A stretch of DNA of 64,000 bases, from the NCBI GenBank assembly GCA_021413775.1, contig JAIOPS010000021.1:5014-69013 (forward strand), read 5' to 3'. The position numbers and the translations under genes were made by a program. The stretch's first letter is position 1. Each line of letters opens with the position of its first letter. A model generated the notes under the pieces. It saw nothing but the letters and a program-made list of their open reading frames with translations, was not told the DNA's origin and made no database searches. The DNA comes from Candidatus Kaiserbacteria bacterium. Lineage in GTDB: Bacteria > Patescibacteriota > Minisyncoccia > Phycocordibacterales > UBA2100. Below, piece after piece: positions 18,511 to 27,645 of the stretch.

Positions 18511-19707
18511 TCAGCCCGACCGTTTTGAAAGTCGTAATCGGAGGTCCGAAAGCGCATTCATGTAGGTCATGTACGCGTCATAGGGTGATTCGTACGGCGA
18601 GAAATACGCGTGTACATCACCGTCTCCGAACCACTTCGTACACATGTAGTAAAAATGGTCCGAGGTCTGGAGCTTGCGCCAATCCTCAATGAGACGTCCG
18701 TCATTGGCAAGAATGACATCCTGCTCAAGAGCGTAAATCGCTTCAATCGCCGCCTTCTGCATGGGATTCCCCACCCAGGCGGTTAAATCTCTGTCGGTAT
18801 CAGCCCACGTGACGGTGTGCGGCATGTCGACTTCATCGCGGACATCGTATGACGCAATGACTTCAGAAGGCGTTTTGAAATCGATGCCGTTATTTTTACC
18901 GAGCTCCTGCGGCAGTTGTTCCAGAAACGCAAATATCCCCGTATCTTCCCACTGATGTTCGCCGAACGTTTCGTAATCCATGAAAAGGTTCACAGTGTCA
19001 CCTTCCGCCGCGCCGAGCCAGGCGCCGTACTTTTCCGCAGTGAGGGGCCACTCCGACCAGTCGCGCGACGAGAACCGGAACGCGAGGTCATCGGACAGGC
19101 GGTAATTTTTCAGAAGGAGTCGCGTATTTTGCGAACCGACCGGTTTGTAGACGTAGTTCGGCGACCGCCATCCGAGTATCGGGTCCCATCCCTCGGCGAG
19201 GATGCCCGCGTATCCGTTGGCGTCCGCCCAGCCGGCGAGGTCATTGCGGTATGAGAGTTCGGTGTTGCGGAAGACCCTGGGCCTCACACCGAAAAGCCGT
19301 CTGATGATTTCACGATGCTTTGTTACCTGCTGTTCGAATTCGGTCGGCGAATAGAAAAAAGCGAGCGAGTGGTAGTATGTCTCCCCCAAAACCTCCACAC
19401 GCCCGGTATCAATGACTTTTTTGAAGAGTTCTATCGCCTCCGGAGCGTAGCGCTCAAGCTGTTCAAGTGCTACTCCCGAGAACGAGAACGATACTTTGAG
19501 TTCCGGATGTTTTTGGAGCAGCTGGAGCAGCAGGCGCGTCGCCGGGATGTACGATTTCGAGGCGACCTTTTCCAGTACTTTGCGGTTATTGAGGTCGCTT
19601 TCCGAACGGTCGTTGAAATATTCCGGGTCAGTACCAATGTCGAAGACCCGGTACTTTTTTACCCGGTAAGGTTGGTGGACTTGGAAATAGAAGCACACAC
19701 TTTTCAT
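18511..19707 (-). CDS. glycoside hydrolase family 57 (alpha-amylase/branching-enzyme family)
   Basis: ORF 18511..19875; start at MKSVCFYFQVHQPYR (19707). HQP motif of GH57 region I and EGW/Glu-Asp core follow. Confidence 0.8.
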   Translation of the reverse strand: MKSVCFYFQVHQPYRVKKYRVFDIGTDPEYFNDRSESDLNNRKVLEKVASKSYIPATRLLLQLLQKHPELKVSFSFSGVALEQLERYAPEAIELFKKVIDTGRVEVLGETYYHSLAFFYSPTEFEQQVTKHREIIRRLFGVRPRVFRNTELSYRNDLAGWADANGYAGILAEGWDPILGWRSPNYVYKPVGSQNTRLLLKNYRLSDDLAFRFSSRDWSEWPLTAEKYGAWLGAAEGDTVNLFMDYETFGEHQWEDTGIFAFLEQLPQELGKNNGIDFKTPSEVIASYDVRDEVDMPHTVTWADTDRDLTAWVGNPMQKAAIEAIYALEQDVILANDGRLIEDWRKLQTSDHFYYMCTKWFGDGDVHAYFSPYESPYDAYMTYMNALSDLRLRLSKRSG

Positions 19708-19795
19708 AGTGTTTGGTATCCATTGTACACCCCGTAATGTAAAAAAATTTCCCTTCGTTGTGTGCATTTCCTGAAGTCCTGTCTCCCGAGGAAAC

Positions 19796-21001
19796 TCACA
19801 CGAGTTCGTGCAGAATAGTATCGACTTTATATGCAGCGTCCGCCCAGGTGAGCTTATCCGCCTCTTCGCGCGCATGCATGCTCATCGTCTCGCTGAGAGC
19901 GGGCATGCCGACAACCGACAGTATTTTGTCGGCCATATCGTCTATGTCCCAAAAATCGACTTTGAGTGCATGGCGCACGACTTCCGCGACTCCGGATTGT
20001 TTCGAAATGATGACCGGCGTCCCGAGACGCATACTTTCGAGCGGCGTGATACCGAAAGGCTCCGAGACCGACGGCATAACGAACAAATCCGCAGTTACGT
20101 ACATATCGTGCCTGTCCGCTCCTGTGAGGAAGCCCGTGAACGTGACGTTGTTCGAAATGCCGAGTTCGGCCGCCAGGTCAAACATCTGCGCATCCATATC
20201 TCCCGAACCCGACACCACAAACATAACCTTTGGATTCTGTTGTAAAACCCGCTGTGCGGCACGCAGAAAATGGTCCGGACCTTTCTGAAGCGTTATCCGT
20301 CCGAGAAACAGTACGATTTTATAACCGGACTCTTTCAGTGAGCGCATCCTCTTGCTCGGCAGACCGCTCGGAGCTGTACTCTCATCGATTCCGTTGTAGA
20401 CCACGCGCACTTTCGAGGCGGGTATGCCGTACTTTTCAACGATGATATTTTTGGTAAGTTCAGAAACCGCAATAACGACATCCGCCGCTTCCATTCCCGC
20501 ACGCTCGATAGTGTATACGTGACTGTTCACGCCATCCGCCCCACCGCTCCGGTCGAATTCCGTCGCATGCACGTGCACGATGAGCGGCTTCCCGGTCGCC
20601 TTTTTTGCTTCGATGCCCGCACCGAAGGCGAGCCAGTCGTGCGCGTAAATAACGTCGAAGGACTCCTCACGCGCGATGCTTGATGCGATTGCCCGGTATC
20701 GTTCGACTTCCTGGAACAGGTCACTGCCGTAAAATCCGCCCGATTCCCTCTCCCGCAGATAGCTCTTCGTCGTCAGGTACGGCGAAAGCATGGAATCAAT
20801 TGCGCGGACGGTAACATTTTGGTCCTCTGCGAATATCATCCGCGCATAGGGAGAGGACAGCTCGAACTTCTTTGGCATGACAAAAAGCACTTCAAACCCC
20901 CTTTCTGCGAGCGAGCGCGTAAGGCCCTGGCATGCGACGCCCAAACCTCCTGAGTTGAAGGGAGGAAATTCCCATCCGAACATCAGAATGCGGGTTTTCA
21001 T
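19796..21001 (-). CDS. GT4-family glycosyltransferase (glucan/sucrose-phosphate-synthase-like)
   Basis: 401 aa; N-terminal GGLGV motif; C-terminal E-x7-E region (PSVSEPFGITPLESM); heads the GT4-GH57-GH15-PGI/PMI-ROK gene run. Confidence 0.75.
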   Translation of the reverse strand: MKTRILMFGWEFPPFNSGGLGVACQGLTRSLAERGFEVLFVMPKKFELSSPYARMIFAEDQNVTVRAIDSMLSPYLTTKSYLRERESGGFYGSDLFQEVERYRAIASSIAREESFDVIYAHDWLAFGAGIEAKKATGKPLIVHVHATEFDRSGGADGVNSHVYTIERAGMEAADVVIAVSELTKNIIVEKYGIPASKVRVVYNGIDESTAPSGLPSKRMRSLKESGYKIVLFLGRITLQKGPDHFLRAAQRVLQQNPKVMFVVSGSGDMDAQMFDLAAELGISNNVTFTGFLTGADRHDMYVTADLFVMPSVSEPFGITPLESMRLGTPVIISKQSGVAEVVRHALKVDFWDIDDMADKILSVVGMPALSETMSMHAREEADKLTWADAAYKVDTILHELV

Positions 21002-21059
21002 GTCCCAATTCTACCAGCAAACAGAGCGCTATCCTGCAACTCGCCCGACATGGTAGGCT

Positions 21060-21818
21060 GTGCGCATGGATTGTCCGCGTGTCGCCATATTTGATCTCGA
21101 CGACACGCTCGCCGAGAGCTTTCAGCCGCCTTCCGCGTCGATGGTCGTCAAGCTCAGTGCGCTTCTTGAAAAAGTTCCCGTCGCGATACTCTCCGCGGCG
21201 GGATTCCCGCGCATCGAAGCAGACTTTTTGCACAAGCTTACGGATTCCCCCCGTATTGATTTCTTTTACATATTCCCTAACAGTTCCGCACAGTGCTTCA
21301 TTCACGAAAACGGCAAGTGGAAAAGCGCATATGATTTCCTGCTCTCCGCTGAGCAGCGTCAGGCGATACGTACGGCGCTCGACGAGAGCGTACGGGAGAC
21401 CAATCTCGAGCTGAACCCCAAATATGAACCGGTTATTCTCGACAGAGACGTTCAAATTGCCTACGCGGCCCTCGGACTCGACGCCAGCGAAGAAGATAAA
21501 CGTGCCTGGGACCCCGATAAGGCGAAGCGCAAGCGGCTGAAAGAGTCTCTCGATAAACGATTGCCGGATTTTGAAGTGCTCATAGGCGGCAAAACGACCA
21601 TGGACATTACGCACAAAGGCATCAACAAAGCGTACGGCGTCCGGTGGCTATCAAAAAAATTAAGCATCCCCGCGAGTGAAATGCTCTATGTCGGCGACGC
21701 ATTCTATGAGGGCGGAAACGATACGGTGGTAATTCCGACGGGTATCCGCACCCGTGCTGTATCCGGCCCCGCCGAAACAGAGACCGTCATCGACGAACTT
21801 CTGAACTTCTGCGCGTAA
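21060..21818 (+). CDS. HAD-superfamily hydrolase, subfamily IIB (sugar-phosphate phosphatase-like)
   Basis: 252 aa; motif I FDLDDTL; Cof/SPP-like cap; YVGDAFYEGGND motif IV; divergent from the GT4 gene. Confidence 0.65.
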   Translation: MRMDCPRVAIFDLDDTLAESFQPPSASMVVKLSALLEKVPVAILSAAGFPRIEADFLHKLTDSPRIDFFYIFPNSSAQCFIHENGKWKSAYDFLLSAEQRQAIRTALDESVRETNLELNPKYEPVILDRDVQIAYAALGLDASEEDKRAWDPDKAKRKRLKESLDKRLPDFEVLIGGKTTMDITHKGINKAYGVRWLSKKLSIPASEMLYVGDAFYEGGNDTVVIPTGIRTRAVSGPAETETVIDELLNFCA

Positions 21819-21879
21819 ACGCCCGGGAAGCGGCTCACCTTACCGCTTTCGTGCATCACTCATCTGCGCACGTAAAATA

Positions 21880-21908
21880 TTGACATATCTTCGCGAATAT
21901 ATCATTAT
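21880..21908 (+). promoter_or_regulatory. candidate sigma70-type promoter for the downstream flavoprotein gene
   Basis: TTGACA (21880-21885), 17-nt spacer, CATTAT (21903-21908); AT-rich island in a GC-rich background; GAGGGAG RBS 8 nt before the ATG at 21947. Confidence 0.35.
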
Positions 21909-21946
21909 ATTCCCGGACATAAACAGCAAATCGAGGGAGATTACCC

Positions 21947-22993
21947 ATGCCGCAAACCGGCATTCAAAAAGTTGATTATCCCGTCATCGTTATCGGCTCC
22001 GGCCCGGCCGGCATGAACGCCGCCAATGCTCTCGCCTTCGAGGGCATCAGCGTGCTCGTCGTTGACGGCAGCGCACCGGGCGGACAGGCAAACACGAGTC
22101 ACAGCATCGAAAACATCCTCGGCTTTCCGAAAGGAATTTCGGGTCCGGAACTGACGACGCTGTTGATTCAAACAGGCCTCCGGGACGGTGTGCAATACCT
22201 GATGCCGTTCCGCGCCAACCGCGTCCGCTACGACGAGGCTTCGTGCATCTTCACCATCGTCGGCGAAGACGGCGAGTCACTTACCTGCCGGGCCATCATC
22301 ATCGCGACCGGTGTCCAACTCCGCTTGCTCAAGGCGATTAACGCGGCGATATTCTACCGTCGCGGTCTCGAGTACGGTTCGCCCGAACAGCATCGCGAAT
22401 TGTGGACCCGGATGAGCGTGGGTGTCATGGGCGGCGGTAACGCCGCAGCGCAGGCGGCGATGTTTCTCTCGAGTTGCGAGGGCACGAAGGTGCACCTGTG
22501 CGTTCGCGGCGAGTCGCTCAAGGACAGCATGTCGGCGCGCGTCATCAAGCACCTGAACGACGCCGCCAATGTGGACGTGCTGCTCAGGACCGAAGTGCTC
22601 GAAACACTCGGCGATGAAAATCTCAACTTCACCGGCGTCCGCGTGAAGGGACCCGAGGGTGAGCGCGTCATCAACATGCAGAGCCTCCATGTGCATATCG
22701 GCGCGAAACCGCACACTGACTGGCTCAGCGGCTGCGTCGAACTCGACCCGAAAGGCTACGTGCTCGCGGATTCGTTTCTGCCTGCAAGCTCGTGGCCGCT
22801 CAAAAGCCGTCCGCCGTTCGAACGCGAAACTTCGCACCCCGGCATTTTCGTCGCCGGCGATGCGCGATTCGGTCACGACGTGCATCGCGTGCAGACGGCG
22901 TCCAGCGACGGCGTCATCGCGGGAGCGAGTGCCTACAAGTATCTCGAGCAGGCCTGCATCACGCCGCAGCTGCTGGAGAAAAAGACCGCCTGA
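21947..22993 (+). CDS. FAD-dependent pyridine nucleotide-disulfide oxidoreductase (thioredoxin-reductase-like, apparently lacking the CxxC active site)
   Basis: 348 aa; GSGPAG FAD motif and second GGGNAA NAD(P) motif; TrxR-like length but no redox-active CxxC seen. Confidence 0.6.
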   Translation: MPQTGIQKVDYPVIVIGSGPAGMNAANALAFEGISVLVVDGSAPGGQANTSHSIENILGFPKGISGPELTTLLIQTGLRDGVQYLMPFRANRVRYDEASCIFTIVGEDGESLTCRAIIIATGVQLRLLKAINAAIFYRRGLEYGSPEQHRELWTRMSVGVMGGGNAAAQAAMFLSSCEGTKVHLCVRGESLKDSMSARVIKHLNDAANVDVLLRTEVLETLGDENLNFTGVRVKGPEGERVINMQSLHVHIGAKPHTDWLSGCVELDPKGYVLADSFLPASSWPLKSRPPFERETSHPGIFVAGDARFGHDVHRVQTASSDGVIAGASAYKYLEQACITPQLLEKKTA

Positions 22994-23061
22994 GCACATG
23001 CCAGGCATGAACGACATGCTCCCCGGGGATTCCGGGGAGTATTTTTTTACGAACTGCCGAA

Positions 23062-24891
23062 CTACTCAGGACGCGTCCAGAAGTTATTCCAGACGAACCA
23101 GCCCCCGAGAAGAAGCAGGAGAAACACGAGGAATATCCACAGGTAGTTTCCTCCGGGGAGACCCGATGCACCGCCCGCAACTTGAGATTCCGGAGCGGTC
23201 ACAATGCGCGAATCGGAGGATTCCGGCACAACATCACCTTGGGCAACTACCGGTACTGAATTCTCCGCGGACTCCACCACGGCAGTTGTTCGCAGCGGCG
23301 ACGGTGTAGAAACCGCAGAAGCGCTCCGTATCGGCTGCGAGATAACGGTCGGCGCAATGGGTGTTCCGTTCGCTGTGCCCGGCGCATTTTCTGGTGACGC
23401 ACCTGTTCCGAAAGACGGGGCTGCGGGGGACGTACCGCCGGATGTCGGAGAGGGAGTGGGCGCGACGGGAGGACCGTTCGAACCGCCCGACGGGAGCGGA
23501 GCCGGTGCGGGAATTGAAATATCATATGCGAATGCGGCGTCGAGCGAAGGAATCGCTCCGTAGCACGCAACGGCGTGAATAGTCGCAGACGCCGATAATG
23601 CAATCGGAGAACTGTAGAGAGCGCCGGTCGCGCATGTCGGCGTGGAACCGTCCGTCGTATAGCGGATTTCTGTCGCACCCGTTTGCGTAAGAGTCACACT
23701 CTGTGCACCCGTATAACTTCCCGTTACGGGCGATGCGGAGACTGTATCCCCTGTCACCGTGACGATGAACGTGGACGTCGCGGAGTTCAAAGCCGCATCA
23801 GTAGCCGTACAAGTCACCGTTGTTGTGCCCACAGGAAATGTCGAGCCTGACGAGGGCGTGCAAGAGACCGAGACGCTCACATCAACATCATCAGTCGCAG
23901 TCGGGTCCGTAAAGCTCACAACCGCTCCGGAAGAGCTCGTTGAAGTCGCAAATATGTCCGTACCGGTCACAATAGAAGGCGCCGTAGTATCCGTGACGAT
24001 AACGTCGAAGGTGGACGTCGCCCAATTAAACGCGACATCATGTGCCGTACACGTAACGGTCGTCGTACCCAGAGCAAAGAGCGAGCCCGACGCGGGCACG
24101 CACGAAGTACTTACCGCACCGTCCGTCGCATCATTTGCAGTTGCACTGAAAGTCAGCACCGTGCCGGATGCACTTGCTGCGGCGGCCGTCGTGGTTGCGG
24201 GAGTCGTTATGACCGGAGGCGTCACGTCGCCTCCTCCGCACGCATCAATGCAAAAACTCGTATCGTTAGATACGCCGACGTTGTGCACGGAATCCATCGG
24301 AATGATGTGCAGTGTATGACTTCCGTTTGCGAGCACAATTGGCGATACGTACGACCACGAACTGCAGTCCTCAACTGCACCCGAGTCTATTTGGCATGTC
24401 GCCGAGTCAAAATCGTTGTCCGGAGATTCGAAGTCGAACGATGGCGTACTGCTCGCCGCAGGGTATACGTAACCACCGGGAATTACATCGATGGTGCCGC
24501 CGAAATACACAAAACTGATTGTAGGCAAAACAGTATCTTTGGATGCGGGGAAATCCGTACGCGAAGAACCGTTTGTCTGAGAGACATCCACAAGCAAGGC
24601 GCCCTCGTCGAGCGAGGTCGCATCTACTGTCGTGGACCATGCGCCTCCGGTACAAATTGGTGCAACGGCGGGAGAAACAGTATGTAAACTCGAATCACGA
24701 ATAACCAGCGTCACGGGTCCTCCCTCAAGATTACACGCGCCGCTTGCGGGAGCAGCGGAGACGGTCGCCGCCGTTATTTGGGGGACGAATACGTTGACGA
24801 GGCCGTCACCACCAGCAAAGACAGTACCGGCCGACAAAAGAAAACCAAGGCCTGCGACAGCCGCTACACCGCCTCGAAGCGGAATATTCAT
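23062..24891 (-). CDS. cell-surface protein with two HYR-like Cys-containing repeats, Fn3/CHB_HEX_C-like module and C-terminal TM anchor
   Basis: ORF 23062..24948; start at MNIPLRGG (24891) gives a signal peptide. Repeats VSTSCVPASGSLFALGTTTVTCTAHD and VSCTPSSGSTFPVGTTTVTCTATD (HYR signature). Pro/Ser/Thr-rich stalk; C-terminal hydrophobic anchor LWIFLVFLLLLLGGWFVW. Confidence 0.6.
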   Translation of the reverse strand: MNIPLRGGVAAVAGLGFLLSAGTVFAGGDGLVNVFVPQITAATVSAAPASGACNLEGGPVTLVIRDSSLHTVSPAVAPICTGGAWSTTVDATSLDEGALLVDVSQTNGSSRTDFPASKDTVLPTISFVYFGGTIDVIPGGYVYPAASSTPSFDFESPDNDFDSATCQIDSGAVEDCSSWSYVSPIVLANGSHTLHIIPMDSVHNVGVSNDTSFCIDACGGGDVTPPVITTPATTTAAAASASGTVLTFSATANDATDGAVSTSCVPASGSLFALGTTTVTCTAHDVAFNWATSTFDVIVTDTTAPSIVTGTDIFATSTSSSGAVVSFTDPTATDDVDVSVSVSCTPSSGSTFPVGTTTVTCTATDAALNSATSTFIVTVTGDTVSASPVTGSYTGAQSVTLTQTGATEIRYTTDGSTPTCATGALYSSPIALSASATIHAVACYGAIPSLDAAFAYDISIPAPAPLPSGGSNGPPVAPTPSPTSGGTSPAAPSFGTGASPENAPGTANGTPIAPTVISQPIRSASAVSTPSPLRTTAVVESAENSVPVVAQGDVVPESSDSRIVTAPESQVAGGASGLPGGNYLWIFLVFLLLLLGGWFVWNNFWTRPE

Positions 24892-24922
24892 ATTTCTATT
24901 ATACAACGAGGCACTTTTTTGT

Positions 24923-26671
24923 CTAGCCGAACGTGAATGTGTACGCATTGAGACCCGGACTCAATATTTCTATATCTATTGTGTGCTCGCCGTAGTCCGC
25001 CCCCTCGATGAGTTTGTAGAGTCTGTCACTGCCGACCGTCGCTTTCCCCTCAGCATCTACATCTGCCCCCGCCGAGCTTCCCGGCAATGCGCCGTCGATT
25101 GTCACCTTGAGAGACACCGGGGAATCGGCGCTGCCGACGAAGTACACGCTCTTCGCACTGTAACGGAAGCGGATGCGCGCACCTGCTGTCGTATTGACCG
25201 CATACTCAGGATTGAATTGCCACGTGCCGCTCAGATAGAGCTGGTTCGGCCGAATAACGGTCGGCATGACGAGCGTTTGTGCCCCCAACGTGCCGATTTT
25301 CCCGTTTGCGAGGTATTCGTTGCGTGACGCTCCGAAATAGGTTTCCGGCGAGCCGACACTGCCTGCGGAAGGAGTGCTCGTATCTATCGCGATATCCGAC
25401 GGCATCTCCGGCGCAGCCTCGCCGAGCCGGGCGGCGCGCTCAGCGAGCGCTTTCTGTATCGCTTTTTCCGTTTCATCATAGTTCCCTTCTCCGATGTGGT
25501 CGTACACGATGTATCCGTCTATATCGATGAGGTATTTGCGGGGCCAGTACTGGTTGCCGAGTGCGTTCCAGGTCCTGTACTCGTTGTCGAGAACTACCGG
25601 GTATTTGATGCCGAAACCCTTTACCGCCTGCTCCACATTTTTCTGCACCTTTTCGAATGAAAACTCGGGCGTATGGATACCGATTATTTCCAAACCTTCG
25701 CTTTCGTACCGGTCGTACCACATTTTGAGGTACGGCAATGTACGCTGACAGTTGATGCATGAGTATGTCCAGATATCGAGGAGCACGACTTTCTTACCTT
25801 TAAACTCAGCGATGGTCACCGGCTTTCCTTCCGTATTGATGTACCCGTCGGGCGCGACGAGCTCGGGAGCCTTTTGAAATATTTTTGATTTCTCAGAGTC
25901 TGAGAGCTGCGCGGTCGATGTCGCAGATGCGCCTGACGCATTGTTGTCTTTACCCGCACCGAGCAAGTGCTGTTCAATGCGCGTAGCATCAAATCCGTTT
26001 GCGAGCATCCAGGCTTCAAGCTTCGCCATGGTCCCCGTGAGGACAGCGAGCCCGACGAGGAGGAACAGTACGCCGATAGATTTTCTGAACCAGCCGGACG
26101 GATCTATCGCGATTCCGAGCTTGTCCACAAGCCTCTGTCCCAGGAGTGCGATAAGAAGCAAAAAGCCCGAGAGCCCGATGCAGTATGCGATAAGGTCGAG
26201 CGTGCCGACGAGGTAACTGGCGGGAAGCACTGTCGCGAGAATGACGAAGTATGTCGGCGAGCAGCTCGAGAACACGGGACCCAAGGCCGCTCCCATGAGC
26301 ACGTCGCCCCAGAATGACTGCTTGCGATACCCTTCCCCCAGCGCGCGATTCGACGCGAGATTCATTTTGTTGACGATACCGAGTCCGTCCCAGAGCCACG
26401 GGAAAAGCATCGCGACTCCGAAAAGAACGAGTATGCCTCCGGAGACCAGCTCCCAAAACCCTTGCGGGACGTCGATGAATGCCGTGGTGACCTTCAGAAG
26501 GAACGTAAAGAGAAAGACCGAGAGGCCGAGCGATACGGAAATCACGTACGCTTTCCGCCAGTTCCTCTCCCCCGCAACGGAGCCTCCGACGACAACCGGC
26601 AAGAGCGGAAGTACGCACGGCGCAAGCACCGTGAGCACTCCCGCTACAAATGAAATGAGAAAAAGTATCAT
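24923..26671 (-). CDS. DipZ-like thiol:disulfide interchange protein (CcdA/DsbD membrane domain + thioredoxin-like CxxC domain + C-terminal beta-sandwich-like domain)
   Basis: 582 aa; N-terminal multi-TM CcdA-like region with conserved Cys (LAPCVLPLLP, SSCSPTY); TlpA/ResA-like WTYSCINCQ motif; extra ~170-aa C-terminal domain as in mycobacterial DipZ. Confidence 0.7.
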   Translation of the reverse strand: MILFLISFVAGVLTVLAPCVLPLLPVVVGGSVAGERNWRKAYVISVSLGLSVFLFTFLLKVTTAFIDVPQGFWELVSGGILVLFGVAMLFPWLWDGLGIVNKMNLASNRALGEGYRKQSFWGDVLMGAALGPVFSSCSPTYFVILATVLPASYLVGTLDLIAYCIGLSGFLLLIALLGQRLVDKLGIAIDPSGWFRKSIGVLFLLVGLAVLTGTMAKLEAWMLANGFDATRIEQHLLGAGKDNNASGASATSTAQLSDSEKSKIFQKAPELVAPDGYINTEGKPVTIAEFKGKKVVLLDIWTYSCINCQRTLPYLKMWYDRYESEGLEIIGIHTPEFSFEKVQKNVEQAVKGFGIKYPVVLDNEYRTWNALGNQYWPRKYLIDIDGYIVYDHIGEGNYDETEKAIQKALAERAARLGEAAPEMPSDIAIDTSTPSAGSVGSPETYFGASRNEYLANGKIGTLGAQTLVMPTVIRPNQLYLSGTWQFNPEYAVNTTAGARIRFRYSAKSVYFVGSADSPVSLKVTIDGALPGSSAGADVDAEGKATVGSDRLYKLIEGADYGEHTIDIEILSPGLNAYTFTFG

Positions 26672-26676
26672 CGAAG

Positions 26677-26952
26677 TTAGCGCGTCATCACATCGGCTTT
26701 CACCGTCGTCGATGCGCCCATCATCACGTCCGCGCCCTTTTCATCCGTCATCATGCCGTCCGTCGAGGTCGACATGCTCTCGTCTTTCATCATCGCATCC
26801 GATGAAGTCGCCATCGAACCTGTCGTCGACGCCGTCATTGCGTCATCTGAAACTATCATGGAATCCGACGAGTTTTTATTGATAAGAAGATATCCCCCGC
26901 CGAAAATTACGACGAGAGCTACGATTGTTCCGATAATTGCGTTTGTAGACAT
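26677..26952 (-). CDS. small membrane-anchored Met-rich peptide (putative Cu(I)/metal-binding)
   Basis: 91 aa; single N-terminal TM, then repeated D-x-M-(M) motifs (DAMM, DGMM, DVMM, ESM...); stop 5 nt before the DipZ-like gene start, same strand. Confidence 0.4.
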   Translation of the reverse strand: MSTNAIIGTIVALVVIFGGGYLLINKNSSDSMIVSDDAMTASTTGSMATSSDAMMKDESMSTSTDGMMTDEKGADVMMGASTTVKADVMTR

Positions 26953-27039
26953 ATGTCCGGATATATTTCACTTCTAATACGTGAAGTATAGGGGCGCTCA
27001 CTGTCGTGTCAAGGCGACTTTACATTCGCTGTGCACAAC

Positions 27040-27405
27040 TCAGCGGTAGAGAGTGCTCCAGATTCGCGCGACCACCTTCCCCACGACCATAGCGATAAGC
27101 GCGACGACCAGCCACGGGTCGATACGATGCATGCTGTTCTGAACGATAATACCGAGAATGAGGACCGCGCTTCCCGCGAGGAATGCGGCACGCCCCGCCG
27201 CCGAGCGATGCACCGCATCCCGCTCGTCTTTCGCGCTTTCCCGCAATATAAAGACGATGAAAGCACCGAACGCGACTGCGGAGAGCGCGAGCATCGTCAT
27301 GTGCGCCATGCTCGGCATCCACAAACCCATCGGGTTCAGAAGAAACACCGCGAGTACGCAGAAAATCAGAGCGCTCACAATCTCGGGCATCATATCTTTT
27401 GTCAT
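27040..27405 (-). CDS. DUF2178-like small membrane protein (partner of XRE regulator)
   Basis: 121 aa, 3-4 predicted TM segments; start overlaps XRE gene stop by 4 nt (ATGA). Confidence 0.5.
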   Translation of the reverse strand: MTKDMMPEIVSALIFCVLAVFLLNPMGLWMPSMAHMTMLALSAVAFGAFIVFILRESAKDERDAVHRSAAGRAAFLAGSAVLILGIIVQNSMHRIDPWLVVALIAMVVGKVVARIWSTLYR

Positions 27406-27608
27406 AGGCTGAAAATATCGTCTACATTCTTTTTAAAATAACGCGCAAGCTTGAGAGCAAGGAGAACTGACGGCGTATAATTCCCCTTCTCTATCGCGAT
27501 GACGGTTTGCCTGCTTACCCCGACCCTCTCCGCAAGCTCCTCCTGCGTCACTCCCGCTTTTTCGCGCAGTGCTTGCACCGTGTTCTTCACTTCTTCGCGC
27601 ATGGACAT
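27402..27608 (-). CDS. XRE-family (Cro/C1-type HTH) transcriptional regulator
   Basis: 68 aa; GVTQEELAERVGVSRQTVIAIEKG is a classic HTH_3/HTH_26 signature (YozG-like). Confidence 0.7.
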   Translation of the reverse strand: MSMREEVKNTVQALREKAGVTQEELAERVGVSRQTVIAIEKGNYTPSVLLALKLARYFKKNVDDIFSL

Positions 27609-27645
27609 GAATCATAGTGTGCACAGACGAAGCGTCAAGGATGCT

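Noticed and set aside
22277-23017. 246-aa minus-strand ORF inside the flavoprotein gene (also 22354..22716, 22659..23309)
   Set aside because: Arg/Ala-rich high-GC antisense ORFs fully overlapping a well-supported CDS; typical GC-rich shadow frames.
24040-24687. 215-aa plus-strand ORF antisense to the HYR surface protein
   Set aside because: Cys/Arg-rich shadow of a Thr/Ser/Ala-rich coding strand.
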